A stretch of 36,320 nt of DNA from a virus (lineage: Duplodnaviria; Caudoviricetes). The position numbers and the translations under genes were made by a program. Where the stretch lies: the IMG/VR virus record IMGVR_UViG_3300011335_000335, positions 1 through 36,320 of that record; one strand, written 5' to 3'. The notes beneath the pieces are model-generated. The model did not search any database, had not been told where the DNA came from, and saw only the letters and a list, made by a program, of their open reading frames with translations. Positions 26,147-36,320 of the stretch are shown here, in pieces. Every line of letters begins with the position of its first letter. Positions within the stretch are counted from its first letter, which is position 1.

Positions 26147-27180
26147 TATTGTTGTCCTGGTACTACTGGGCCAAGCACTCGTTGTGCGGCTGTGTTGCGA
26201 ATACCGCTTTTGACGATATCATTTAATCTTGCTCTGCCCCCGTATATATTGATTGTGCGTTCATCCCCACTGGCCAACAAGTTGCTGGCTTCGTCTGGTC
26301 TAATAGGAGCAGGTGTAGGACGGCTTAACTGCATCTGCTGTGCCTGTGCCATTCTGTTTTGTGCGGCTCCAGAAGTTAATTCAGGACCTGCTTTGGCAAG
26401 ATATGGTGCAGCCTCATATAAGTTAGCAGCCATACCTATTGGACCAGCAACTCTTGCGGCACCTTTCAGCATGGGACTAATAACTTTCATAGCCTGAGCA
26501 CCTCTACTGGGCATTGCTCCAAGATATTGTTCTGCAATTTGTGCTGTTTTAGGGTCAGTTAGAAAGCGTTGACCTTCAGCAGTACTTGTTAACCAATTTT
26601 TAACACCTTGTCCACCACCTTGTGTGTGATAGATGTTGCTGATAACACGCTCAGTACCTGGATCTACCTTGGCAACTGCTTTCCATAGGTCTTGATACTT
26701 GCCAATGTCTGCTTTGTCTGCAAATTGACTGGCTAATCGCGTGGCTTCATTAAAACTTTCTTTGCCTGCTTGGTATCCTTGTACTGCGCCTTTGAGGCCT
26801 TCATTGGCTGCGTATGGTGGAGGTAAACCCATGCCACCTACTACCATGTCAACACCTGCTTTCCACGGAGCAGCCTTGTATGTTTGTAGCGTTTGTGGTA
26901 TAGCAGCCTTGAGTGGTTCTAACACTTGCTTAACTGCCGCTCCACTATAACCAGTAGGACCCATACCATAGCCAGTAACTGCTGGAGCAATTAAACTACC
27001 GCTGGGTTCTTCTGCTTCACCTGCTGTTGCTGTTTCTAATTGAGCCAACAACTCAGGATCTGTAACATAACCATCCCGGGCTGCTGATTCAGCACTGGGT
27101 GCTTTGCGTTCCGGCGTAGGAGCAAGATTATCCGCTCCCAATTGAGCAAGCAATTCTGGATCTGTTACATAATCGCTCAT
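26146..27180 (-). CDS. Putative DNA ejection / internal virion protein (344 aa, start MSDYVTDP)
   Basis: A/G/Q-rich; YVTDPELLAQL occurs twice; ATGA-coupled to the upstream ejection gene. Confidence 0.7.
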   Translation of the reverse strand: MSDYVTDPELLAQLGADNLAPTPERKAPSAESAARDGYVTDPELLAQLETATAGEAEEPSGSLIAPAVTGYGMGPTGYSGAAVKQVLEPLKAAIPQTLQTYKAAPWKAGVDMVVGGMGLPPPYAANEGLKGAVQGYQAGKESFNEATRLASQFADKADIGKYQDLWKAVAKVDPGTERVISNIYHTQGGGQGVKNWLTSTAEGQRFLTDPKTAQIAEQYLGAMPSRGAQAMKVISPMLKGAARVAGPIGMAANLYEAAPYLAKAGPELTSGAAQNRMAQAQQMQLSRPTPAPIRPDEASNLLASGDERTINIYGGRARLNDIVKSGIRNTAAQRVLGPVVPGQQ

Positions 27181-29834
27181 TTTGCTTTCCAACCTTTGCC
27201 ATCATGCACATAAGTTACACCGCCAATTACTTTTTCTGACTGTGCTGGTTTGTTAAAGTCCCAATCCAGGTCTGGAGCATACTTCTTATTAAGATCAATA
27301 ATGGTCTTAAGGGCCGCACTACGCTGTTTGATAGGCAATGTAGAGTCAGCAAGATTACCTGCGGCTTCTTTATACGAAGCAACATCCTTATCACTCTGCG
27401 GACCTTCAAAGCGCGGTACATTCTGTAGAATCTTTGCGCCTAATACTTTTAATTGAGCACTGGCTTCAGCACCCTTGGTTGAGCCACCAAAGAATGCCGC
27501 AATTTCATCAACTTTGGTACCAAGTCCAGAACCAGTAGCATCTTTGAGTGCTGCCTGAATTGGACGAACCAAGTCATGTACTTCTTTGGCATGTACTTTG
27601 TTTGTGAGTTCTTTACCAGCAATGCCACCTTCAACTTTGCCTGCTGTGACAGCGGCTTCTTTACGCCCTGCACGACCAACTTCTTCTTCTGCTTGACGGC
27701 GTTTGCCTTCATCAACAGTTTCACGACGACCTGGAACTGCTCCAGGAACTGCTTCTGGAACTGCTGGCGCTGTAACTGTGGCTGGAGCACCACCTGCTGC
27801 CATAGCAGTAGGACTTACTGGACGCAATCCACCACCTGCGGCTGGTGCGGCTGGTGCGGCACCTTGTTGTCTTGCTGGAGCAGGACCAATGTCAGGACGA
27901 TCAACGCCCATTGCACTTAGTTCTGAATCAGTAAATGCTGGCTCACCACGATTGATAGCAGCCTGCTGTGCTTGTTCAACTGCTTTGAGTTTGCTACCGT
28001 AGTCAAGTTTTCTAATACTGTTGGCAAACTGTGTAGTATCATTCTCTCTGCGGAAGCCTTGCTTTTGTTCTGCGGCTGCTTGTGCATCTGAAGTGCGTCT
28101 TGCTGTCAACGGTTCTGAACCTGTGTAGCGTTCATTTGTTTTGACATCAACAACACGAGTCTGACCTTTGTCATTGTGTTGTGTCTGATATAAATTACCT
28201 GCTTTGTCATTAAAGAATTCAGCAGTGGTTTGCCACTTGCCACCACCAATGCCTGCGGCTGCTTTTACCAGGTCTTTTTCATTTAGTTTCTCGCCTGTTT
28301 CAGCATTGAAGCCTGCTGTTACTTCTCCATTGGCTTTGACATTCAGCAAGTATGGCTTACCATCTGAACCTTGAACATAAGTGTCTTTGGCATTACGATC
28401 TAACTTGTCCAATTCACGAGAAGCCAATTGTTGGTTGCCCATTCTGGCATACATCAAGGCTCGTAAGCGAATGTCAAATTGACTTTCATTCTTTTTACCA
28501 TTGATGTGCTTGGCCATTTCAGTTGGAGCCATAGTGGACATCTTTTCAACTGCGGCTTTTGTTTCACGCTGATCTTGTACCAAGTCTGCGGCACGATTGC
28601 GAGCACGCTCTTTGATAAAGTCTGGAACTGTAGGATCATCACTGGATCCAATTTTCATGAGATTCGGTACACTATCCTGGGCATCCTGATAGGCTCTGAT
28701 TCCTGACTGTACAGGAGTGGTTCCATCTTCGCCAACTGCACCAGTAGCAGGACCGCCACCGCGTAGTCCAGGCTCCCCTCGGCCTGTCTCCAGGCTATAC
28801 TTGCTGGGTGCTTGTTGTGGTTGTTGGCGTTGTTCATTTTGTGCTACCTGATCATTAATAACGCTATCGTCTGGATATGCTTGTTCTGGATTGACTGGTG
28901 ATTCCATTGTGCCTTGAACACCATAGCCTGTGGCCACTGCTGTGCCAGGACCTGGTTGCACTTGTGGCATACCATAATTGCCGCGCCCAGCGCCGGCTGA
29001 TTGTACAGGAACTTCGCCTGCTTGAGCACTTGGGATAACTGCATTGATGCCACGACCCAGGGCTGCCATGGCTCGTTGTCCGTAGCCTGGCCCACCTGTG
29101 CCTGCCAAGCGTTGTTGTGCAATTTGCATTGTCTTTTCCAAGCCACCATTTGCTTGTGCGGCTTGTGGACTAACTTGTCCTGTCTGCAAGTATTTGGCTG
29201 CACCAGAAGCACCTAAGAAGTGTGCTAATCTTGCGTTCTCAGGAGTTGCAGGAATTCCCAAGCGACTTAGTTGCTTTTGATTTACTGCTTGTAATGTTTG
29301 AAATGCTTCGCCTTGTTCTTCTGGGCTTAGATCTGTAATGGCACGACCAGCAAACTTTGGATTTGCTTTTTGAATGTCAGCATACGCAGGAGCAGTGATA
29401 CCATATGTACCATATGCTGTGCCTTTGCCTGGAGCGTGAAAGCCAATGCCAGGCCGATTGCCACTTTCCATTTGTGCTGTGTATGCTTGGTTAGCATCCA
29501 TTGGCGCACGATTGGTAGCAGTCTCTTGTCCAGGGCGTACAGGACCAGCAACACGCTGTCCTGCAGGAATTTCTTGTTTGGTTTCAACAGTCTTACTACC
29601 ATTTTCATAGGTAATAACTTTTTGTTCATGTGCTACTGATTCATCAGCACGACGGGCTTCTTCTTCAGCCTTCTTACGGGCTTCTTCTTCACGCTTTCTG
29701 CGTTCTTCTTCTGATTCACTGTAGATTGGATTGCCAAACGGATCATAACTGTTTGGCGCTTGATCAGGAACAACAGGAGCAACCATTGGCTCCTCATCGT
29801 ATCCTGTGTAATTTCCCATTTCATCGTATGCCAT
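27177..29834 (-). CDS. Internal virion / ejection protein with lytic transglycosylase-like domain (885 aa)
   Basis: AQMESGN...AYGTYGIT...ARLAHFLGASGA fits the lysozyme-like/SLT pattern; the rest is helical and A/Q/G-rich. Confidence 0.8.
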   Translation of the reverse strand: MAYDEMGNYTGYDEEPMVAPVVPDQAPNSYDPFGNPIYSESEEERRKREEEARKKAEEEARRADESVAHEQKVITYENGSKTVETKQEIPAGQRVAGPVRPGQETATNRAPMDANQAYTAQMESGNRPGIGFHAPGKGTAYGTYGITAPAYADIQKANPKFAGRAITDLSPEEQGEAFQTLQAVNQKQLSRLGIPATPENARLAHFLGASGAAKYLQTGQVSPQAAQANGGLEKTMQIAQQRLAGTGGPGYGQRAMAALGRGINAVIPSAQAGEVPVQSAGAGRGNYGMPQVQPGPGTAVATGYGVQGTMESPVNPEQAYPDDSVINDQVAQNEQRQQPQQAPSKYSLETGRGEPGLRGGGPATGAVGEDGTTPVQSGIRAYQDAQDSVPNLMKIGSSDDPTVPDFIKERARNRAADLVQDQRETKAAVEKMSTMAPTEMAKHINGKKNESQFDIRLRALMYARMGNQQLASRELDKLDRNAKDTYVQGSDGKPYLLNVKANGEVTAGFNAETGEKLNEKDLVKAAAGIGGGKWQTTAEFFNDKAGNLYQTQHNDKGQTRVVDVKTNERYTGSEPLTARRTSDAQAAAEQKQGFRRENDTTQFANSIRKLDYGSKLKAVEQAQQAAINRGEPAFTDSELSAMGVDRPDIGPAPARQQGAAPAAPAAGGGLRPVSPTAMAAGGAPATVTAPAVPEAVPGAVPGRRETVDEGKRRQAEEEVGRAGRKEAAVTAGKVEGGIAGKELTNKVHAKEVHDLVRPIQAALKDATGSGLGTKVDEIAAFFGGSTKGAEASAQLKVLGAKILQNVPRFEGPQSDKDVASYKEAAGNLADSTLPIKQRSAALKTIIDLNKKYAPDLDWDFNKPAQSEKVIGGVTYVHDGKGWKAK

Positions 29835-29844
29835 GGTTGCGTCC

Positions 29845-30825
29845 TTAATGTAATGTTGGCAACTTACTGTAGTTTACAGTATAGTAGCCTGATGCGTTTG
29901 ACATAACTGCATCAGCATGTTTTGTCTTTAATAGTTCCTGTGCCATTACACCAACTTGTGGCTTGTCATCATAGCGATAGTTGTATGAATATACTTTGAT
30001 ACCATCAACTGTCTTAATGTGCTTGATATTTTCTTTTAGTCTTTCATCACTGAACAAACCAGCAATGCCAGCAACACCGCCAGCAAGATCCCATAGTTGC
30101 ATACCTGTATCAAATGCACTATCAGACTTGTTTTGTGTTGTACTTTGTTGACTTGGGTATGGAGCAGTATATGCGCCTGCTGGAACACCATACATGTCGC
30201 GAGCAAACATACTTGCGCTTTGATACGGAAGTTGTGCAGCCTGTACGCCCGTTTGTGCGTTGCGTACTGCTTGATCCATTGCGTTTAAACCTGTGCCTGT
30301 CATGTATTGACCAACATTTTGTCGTTGACCTTCAATCTGTGCCATCAAGTTTGCGGCTGTGTTAAATTGATTGGCTTCGTTTTGTCCAGCAAGTTGTTGT
30401 CCTGCTAAGGCTTGACGAGCACTACCTAAGTTTCCAGCGCCGCCAAAGTTGGCTGCTTGGTTAGCAAGGTTAGTTTGATACTGTGCTTGTCCTGGAGCAA
30501 GTGCGGCTCTTAATTGCATCTGTGCGTATTCTGGACTGAACAAGTTTGATAAGCCTTGTGAACCCATACGAGCCATGCCCTCACCTATTCCGCCTTGTGT
30601 CTCTTGTGCTTGTCCAGCAACGCCAGCAAGATTTTGTCCTGCTCGTAACACGCCTTCTCTACTGCCTGCATATTGATTGCCTAACTCGTCCATGACATTC
30701 TTGAACTGTGGCAATACTGTACCATGACGGAAGTCATTGGTTCTGTTAATGTCTTCTATTTGTTGTGGTAGATAGTTAACTTGACTTGTTGTCTCGCTAC
30801 CAAATATGTCTCCGAATAAACTCAT
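29845..30825 (-). CDS. DNA transfer / ejection protein with C-terminal peptidase S74 (intramolecular chaperone) domain
   Basis: Q/A/G-rich body; FSDERLKENI...GVMAQEL...YYTVNYSKL. Confidence 0.85.
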   Translation of the reverse strand: MSLFGDIFGSETTSQVNYLPQQIEDINRTNDFRHGTVLPQFKNVMDELGNQYAGSREGVLRAGQNLAGVAGQAQETQGGIGEGMARMGSQGLSNLFSPEYAQMQLRAALAPGQAQYQTNLANQAANFGGAGNLGSARQALAGQQLAGQNEANQFNTAANLMAQIEGQRQNVGQYMTGTGLNAMDQAVRNAQTGVQAAQLPYQSASMFARDMYGVPAGAYTAPYPSQQSTTQNKSDSAFDTGMQLWDLAGGVAGIAGLFSDERLKENIKHIKTVDGIKVYSYNYRYDDKPQVGVMAQELLKTKHADAVMSNASGYYTVNYSKLPTLH

Positions 30826-30848
30826 ATTATAGTTTCCTTATCATTGGT

Positions 30849-30854
30849 TATTTA
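30849..30854 (-). promoter_or_regulatory. T4-late-like promoter box upstream of the ejection genes
   Basis: gTAAATA in a 31-bp intergenic gap. Confidence 0.7.
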
Positions 30855-30856
30855 CC

Positions 30857-32151
<1,295 letters not shown>

Positions 32152-32152
<1 letters not shown>

Positions 32153-33156
32153 TATTGTCCTTTGAACTTGGCTTTGAGAAGGGGATATTTCTTTAAGCAC
32201 TTTTGGTCGCTGAGATTGGCCGCTTCTATGGCGCATAAACTATTTAGTTCATTCTGGGTCAGCGTCAGTGACTTGCCATCATTGGTTGCTACTGAGGTTG
32301 TGTTTGTCTTTAATGCTGTTTCTAATGCTGAAGGGCGACGAATATCGCGAAACAATTCTACCAATTTGGTTGCTGGTTCGCCTATGATTCGAACCACAAT
32401 GTCTCTGTGCTCAGAACCCAGGGTGGCTGTTTTAAATGCATTGGTTCCAAAGATACTGTGTAAGCCACCTGCTCCACATGTTTCTGAATCATATCCTGCT
32501 GCCTTTAAGATGTCATACACATTCAGCAAGTGTGTCATTAAGTTACGACCTGAATGTTTAATCTTGTCTGCATTGACTGCTGTGAGTGCTCGTTGTATGT
32601 TGTCACGCTGTACATCACAGTTGCGAGGTGCAAACTTAAACATCAGAGTTATTCGCTGTGCTGGGCATACGCGAGTTACTGATCTTGCTTGATGCACTTT
32701 GGTACCAGGAAAGATAAGTCCACGATTGTATTTGGGCAACTCAGCATGTACAATAGTGTCATCTTCATATACTGTGGTTTCACCGCCCCACTCACGCCGC
32801 CATTCCGGGTTCATGTAAATCACAATGGTGTAATCTGAATCACGCTTGCTATCTGTATGAGGATAACCTTCTACACCATAAGTGTGGCTGTTGGTATAAC
32901 AGCGCAGTAGTGTTTGGTCGCCCAGGTAATTTACTTTGAGATGATTCCAAGCACGCAAGATTGGTTCAGGTAAGTTGGCACTGATATCTAAACCGTTCTC
33001 TGCTGAACCTTTTGCAAAACTGTGATTCCAATGTGTAAATTCAAAACTACGATTACTGGCCCATCCATACCGCCATGGTACTGAGTCAATATGTTCACTT
33101 ACACTCCGAAGTAAGTCTTCGGGAAATACTTGTGCTATCTGATTAATGCTGTTCAT
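32152..33156 (-). CDS. 2OG-Fe(II) oxygenase (prolyl-4-hydroxylase-like) fused to an HD-like (DUF6817-type) domain
   Basis: HTD...WGGET...H-QARSV...R-ITLMFK facial triad; C-terminal HSGRNLMTHL...GGLHSIFGT. Confidence 0.85.
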
Positions 33157-33172
33157 TGCTGTTCCTTTGCTA

Positions 33173-34090
33173 TTACTGTTTAACCACTTGTGCGCTTAAA
33201 CTTCTTAAACTCATTAAGTCTCCTGTGACTTGTCCATTTGAAACAGGAACCTTGTCTACCAGGTGCGTGTTAAACACAAACTTAACTTCAAGTATATACC
33301 AATAATAGCCAGGGTCTGGTTTATCTAAGATTGAAGTGAATACTGTTTCAGTTACTGGCAGCGTGCCACTTGAGCCCAGGCCATCTTTGATATAAGTTTT
33401 GGAAGCAACAGTTTCATCAAAGTCAAAGATAAAGTCTGGGTTAACTGGATTGTTATTAGGCTCACCTTTGTAACGATTAACTGCCACTGTGTAATTCAAT
33501 AGTGCAGGGAATGTATTGGCTGTGTAAGCAATCACGCTGTCCAACTGAGCACTGATAAAGACTCTGTCAGTGCCACCTGTCACTGTGACACGAGCATTGC
33601 AGTCAGTTGAGTTAAAGCCAGTTCCAGTAGTTAAACTTACTGTGCCACCAGAAGCAGAGTTCTGCACTGAGTAAGTGCTACTGGTTCTGATGATAACATA
33701 AGTTGTGGTACATTTGGTAACACCAATAACAGCATAGGTATCATTGTACCAACTGTTGACACCTTTGATTGTGATACCATTACCCAGGGCAAACGGTGCT
33801 GTCTTTTGTGCTGTGGCAAATGTAAACTTAAATGTTCTACCGTCCAGCATTTCACTTGTGCTTAGATCAATAGGACTCACATACAGCCTTGCGGGCGTGT
33901 TTATTGTTTTGTTGGCAGCATCAGCAAAGGCCAGACTGTAAGGCACACGGAAGTTGCCAGTAAGCCAAGCAGGAGCAAAACTACTGAAGCCAGCAAAGTT
34001 TTGTCCCAGGCCTGACGGGCCACTCAGCACATAGTTGACAGCCTCAACTATGCCTTCCTTGTCACTAATCTCTACAGGAAACTTTGCCAT
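33173..34090 (-). CDS. Putative tail structural protein (305 aa)
   Basis: Beta-rich; TAATG-coupled to the nozzle gene; contains a PFALGNGITIKGV-type domain. Confidence 0.7.
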   Translation of the reverse strand: MAKFPVEISDKEGIVEAVNYVLSGPSGLGQNFAGFSSFAPAWLTGNFRVPYSLAFADAANKTINTPARLYVSPIDLSTSEMLDGRTFKFTFATAQKTAPFALGNGITIKGVNSWYNDTYAVIGVTKCTTTYVIIRTSSTYSVQNSASGGTVSLTTGTGFNSTDCNARVTVTGGTDRVFISAQLDSVIAYTANTFPALLNYTVAVNRYKGEPNNNPVNPDFIFDFDETVASKTYIKDGLGSSGTLPVTETVFTSILDKPDPGYYWYILEVKFVFNTHLVDKVPVSNGQVTGDLMSLRSLSAQVVKQ

Positions 34091-36320
34091 TATCTGTCAT
34101 CCTCTGTTTGTGTATACTGCCATGTTGTGGCTGAGCACATCCAAATGTTTTGTGTTGTGCTGTTACTAATGACTAAACTGTTGACACGATGTGCATTCTG
34201 ACTGATCTGAACCCAAGGATAATCAGTGTTGGTTGCCATTGTTTCAGCAGTGGTCTGCAGTGGTGCTTGTCCTACTGAATTGGCACCACGCACTTTGATA
34301 TCAACGCTGCCTACACGAGTTGGTGCTGACTCTTCATTGATTGGTAAGCCTGCTTTGTCCAAGTTAACAACTTCTGGTAATAGTCTATGCACCAACAACT
34401 TGCCAGAATAGTCAGGCAGTAGTTTAAGGTTGTCTCTACGGAAGTAACTGATGATTGGATACTCACGAGTTTGTGGGCCTAAGAAGTTGTAGCCATCATC
34501 CTTCTGCACCAGGTTTCTATTGGCCAGGCCACGAGCATACACAACTCCACGATCACCTTCATTGTAGATCCAGGTTGCTAATGGCGTGCCTGTCATTGTC
34601 ACTGTGGTGATTCTACCGCCTGTGTCTGTTGCTGTCACAGTGGCCACTGCATCGTTGGCTGGTGATTCACCACCAACTTCAGTTCCCAGGATCAGTATGG
34701 TATCACCCACTGAGTATCCAGAGCCTCTACGGTTAGGAGTAGGGCCGGCAATATACTGCACACCAACTTGACGCTGTATGTTAAAGTATGCTCCAGAACC
34801 TGTGGCGCTGATGTTGGTGCCTGGCACATCATAATACCATTCAGTACTGCTCCAGTACGGACTTTCAGTTGAGAAGGTTGCTGCCTGTACTTGTCTTGGT
34901 GGATTGAAACAATCAATATCATAACGATAACTCAGCATCATGTTGGGCACACCATCGCTGACAAATTCAAAAGCAACACCTGTCACTGTGCCCACTGTGG
35001 TTGTTAGGCCTGCGCCTTGTGGTGTTGCACTTAGTTGGAAGTAAACAAATCCATCTGCTTCATAACTGTCAACCACATAGTATGTTGCGGGTCCACCAGA
35101 ATAACCAGAGATGCTGCCTGTGCCGGACTCTGTGCCAGTTAAGATCACGCTTAGGTTATTGTGAATTGGTCCAGACTGATAGCCAACACCATAACTGGCT
35201 TTAAACAAACCAGTGGTTGAATCAATTGTGATGCTTTGTACAATAGGAGGTCTTGTTGGATAGTAAATTTCAATCTGATTCTTCTGTGTGTTGGTGTCCA
35301 TGAACACACGGTCCACATACGCAGGATCCAATTGATCAAAGAACCAATTCTTCACACGCTGATTACCAAGTCCTTGAAAGTCTTGTCCATTGAATACCCA
35401 AATGTCTCGAGCATCAATACCATACACCAACTTGTCTGTGTTGGCCCAGCAATTGCTACTCAGCATACCACGGCCCTGGTTGGCAAGACGCACACCTAAG
35501 ATAGGAGCACTTGTTGTTGAATAGTTAAGCGGACTGAACACCACAGTATCCCATACACTACTCAGGAACAGTTGTCCATTACAAGGAAACGCATCTACCA
35601 CGCCACCACGAAGCGGAACTTCTAATTGGTTGGCCACATTGGTCACAGTGGGTTGCCATGTAAGTGGTGCTTGGTTAAGTCCAAACGCTTGACTCCACTG
35701 TACAGTCACAGGATACTCAGACACTACACCATCTAAGTCTGTCACAGTGAGTCCACCAGCAACTAAAATATTACCCACATTGGGTGTTGAATACAAGCGC
35801 ATGAACTTGGCATAGTACGAAGCCCAGTTGGGATTGTAGTTCCAAGCATACTTGGGCGCAACACTTCCACCACCTGGATAACCAGCGCCAGGTACTGCGT
35901 AGTAATCAATTGTGTCAGCAGTACTGGCCGCTACTTTAAAAGTACCATTGAAGTAACTGTTGACTCCTGAGATCACAATGTAATCACCTGCACTGTAAGG
36001 TGGCGCTGATAAAGTAGTGCTTAATGTAATCTGCTGTAGGTTGGGTGCCAAGTAAGCAATGTCACTTATGGTAGAAGGCAACTGATTACTGTACATTTGC
36101 AACAGCGGTAATGGATCACTAACACAACCAGAATCTGTCATGGGACCTGCTGTGCTGCCAGCAAAACTCACTGTGGATGAAGTTACATCTGTCACTGTGT
36201 GCGTTCCTCTAAAGCCTGTGGGCACAATGCCACGCACCAATAATGTCTGTCCCACAGCAAATGGTGTGTAAACAAATGTTAGATCAGCAATGATACCACC
36301 ATCAGTTGTGATTGGTGCGC
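34090..36320 (-). CDS. Tail nozzle / stabilization-type virion protein, C-terminal part (true start at 2764)
   Basis: The frame is open to the window edge and continuous with 1..2764 via the overlap. Confidence 0.85.
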   Translation of the reverse strand, partial: APITTDGGIIADLTFVYTPFAVGQTLLVRGIVPTGFRGTHTVTDVTSSTVSFAGSTAGPMTDSGCVSDPLPLLQMYSNQLPSTISDIAYLAPNLQQITLSTTLSAPPYSAGDYIVISGVNSYFNGTFKVAASTADTIDYYAVPGAGYPGGGSVAPKYAWNYNPNWASYYAKFMRLYSTPNVGNILVAGGLTVTDLDGVVSEYPVTVQWSQAFGLNQAPLTWQPTVTNVANQLEVPLRGGVVDAFPCNGQLFLSSVWDTVVFSPLNYSTTSAPILGVRLANQGRGMLSSNCWANTDKLVYGIDARDIWVFNGQDFQGLGNQRVKNWFFDQLDPAYVDRVFMDTNTQKNQIEIYYPTRPPIVQSITIDSTTGLFKASYGVGYQSGPIHNNLSVILTGTESGTGSISGYSGGPATYYVVDSYEADGFVYFQLSATPQGAGLTTTVGTVTGVAFEFVSDGVPNMMLSYRYDIDCFNPPRQVQAATFSTESPYWSSTEWYYDVPGTNISATGSGAYFNIQRQVGVQYIAGPTPNRRGSGYSVGDTILILGTEVGGESPANDAVATVTATDTGGRITTVTMTGTPLATWIYNEGDRGVVYARGLANRNLVQKDDGYNFLGPQTREYPIISYFRRDNLKLLPDYSGKLLVHRLLPEVVNLDKAGLPINEESAPTRVGSVDIKVRGANSVGQAPLQTTAETMATNTDYPWVQISQNAHRVNSLVISNSTTQNIWMCSATTWQYTQTEDDR
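35556..36320. repeat. Terminal direct repeat / circular overlap, copy B
   Basis: Matches 1-765. Confidence 0.97.

Noticed and set aside
34090-36255. 721-aa protein as a standalone gene starting at 36255
   Set aside because: The frame stays open to the window edge and joins 1..2764 through the overlap; the real start is the GTG at 2764.

Overview
The window looks like one complete, circularly permuted podovirus-type phage genome. The unit length is about 35,555 bp, because bases 1-765 repeat as 35556-36320 with about 26 mismatches. Essentially all genes are on the minus strand. The late/structural block runs: TerS, small disordered proteins, TerL, portal, scaffold, major capsid, adaptor, tail fibre and an XhlA-like holin. 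A second block holds a 1409-aa nozzle-like gene split across the window ends, a 2OG-Fe(II) oxygenase fusion, an acidic-repeat protein, ejection proteins and Dps. A small early region (about 2.8-7.4 kb) has four consensus sigma70 promoters, a TylF-like methyltransferase and short unknown ORFs; a tRNA-Gln lies at 7765-7838. Four things stand out. (1) Structural genes are preceded by T4-late-type TAAATA boxes, several exactly 5 nt before a leaderless ATG, yet no sigma factor, RNA polymerase, DNA polymerase, primase, helicase, integrase or endolysin is recognisable. This suggests a virion-autonomous phage that borrows late transcription and replication from a larger helper phage (hypothesis). (2) The nozzle-like protein has a Russian-doll architecture of five N-half repeats followed by five C-half repeats. 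(3) The only plus-strand promoter found drives a structured non-coding RNA carrying anti-RBS/anti-AUG segments. (4) A GNA-minihairpin cluster with AT-rich repeats is a candidate origin or priming signal. All product calls come from motif recognition by eye and synteny, not from database searches.
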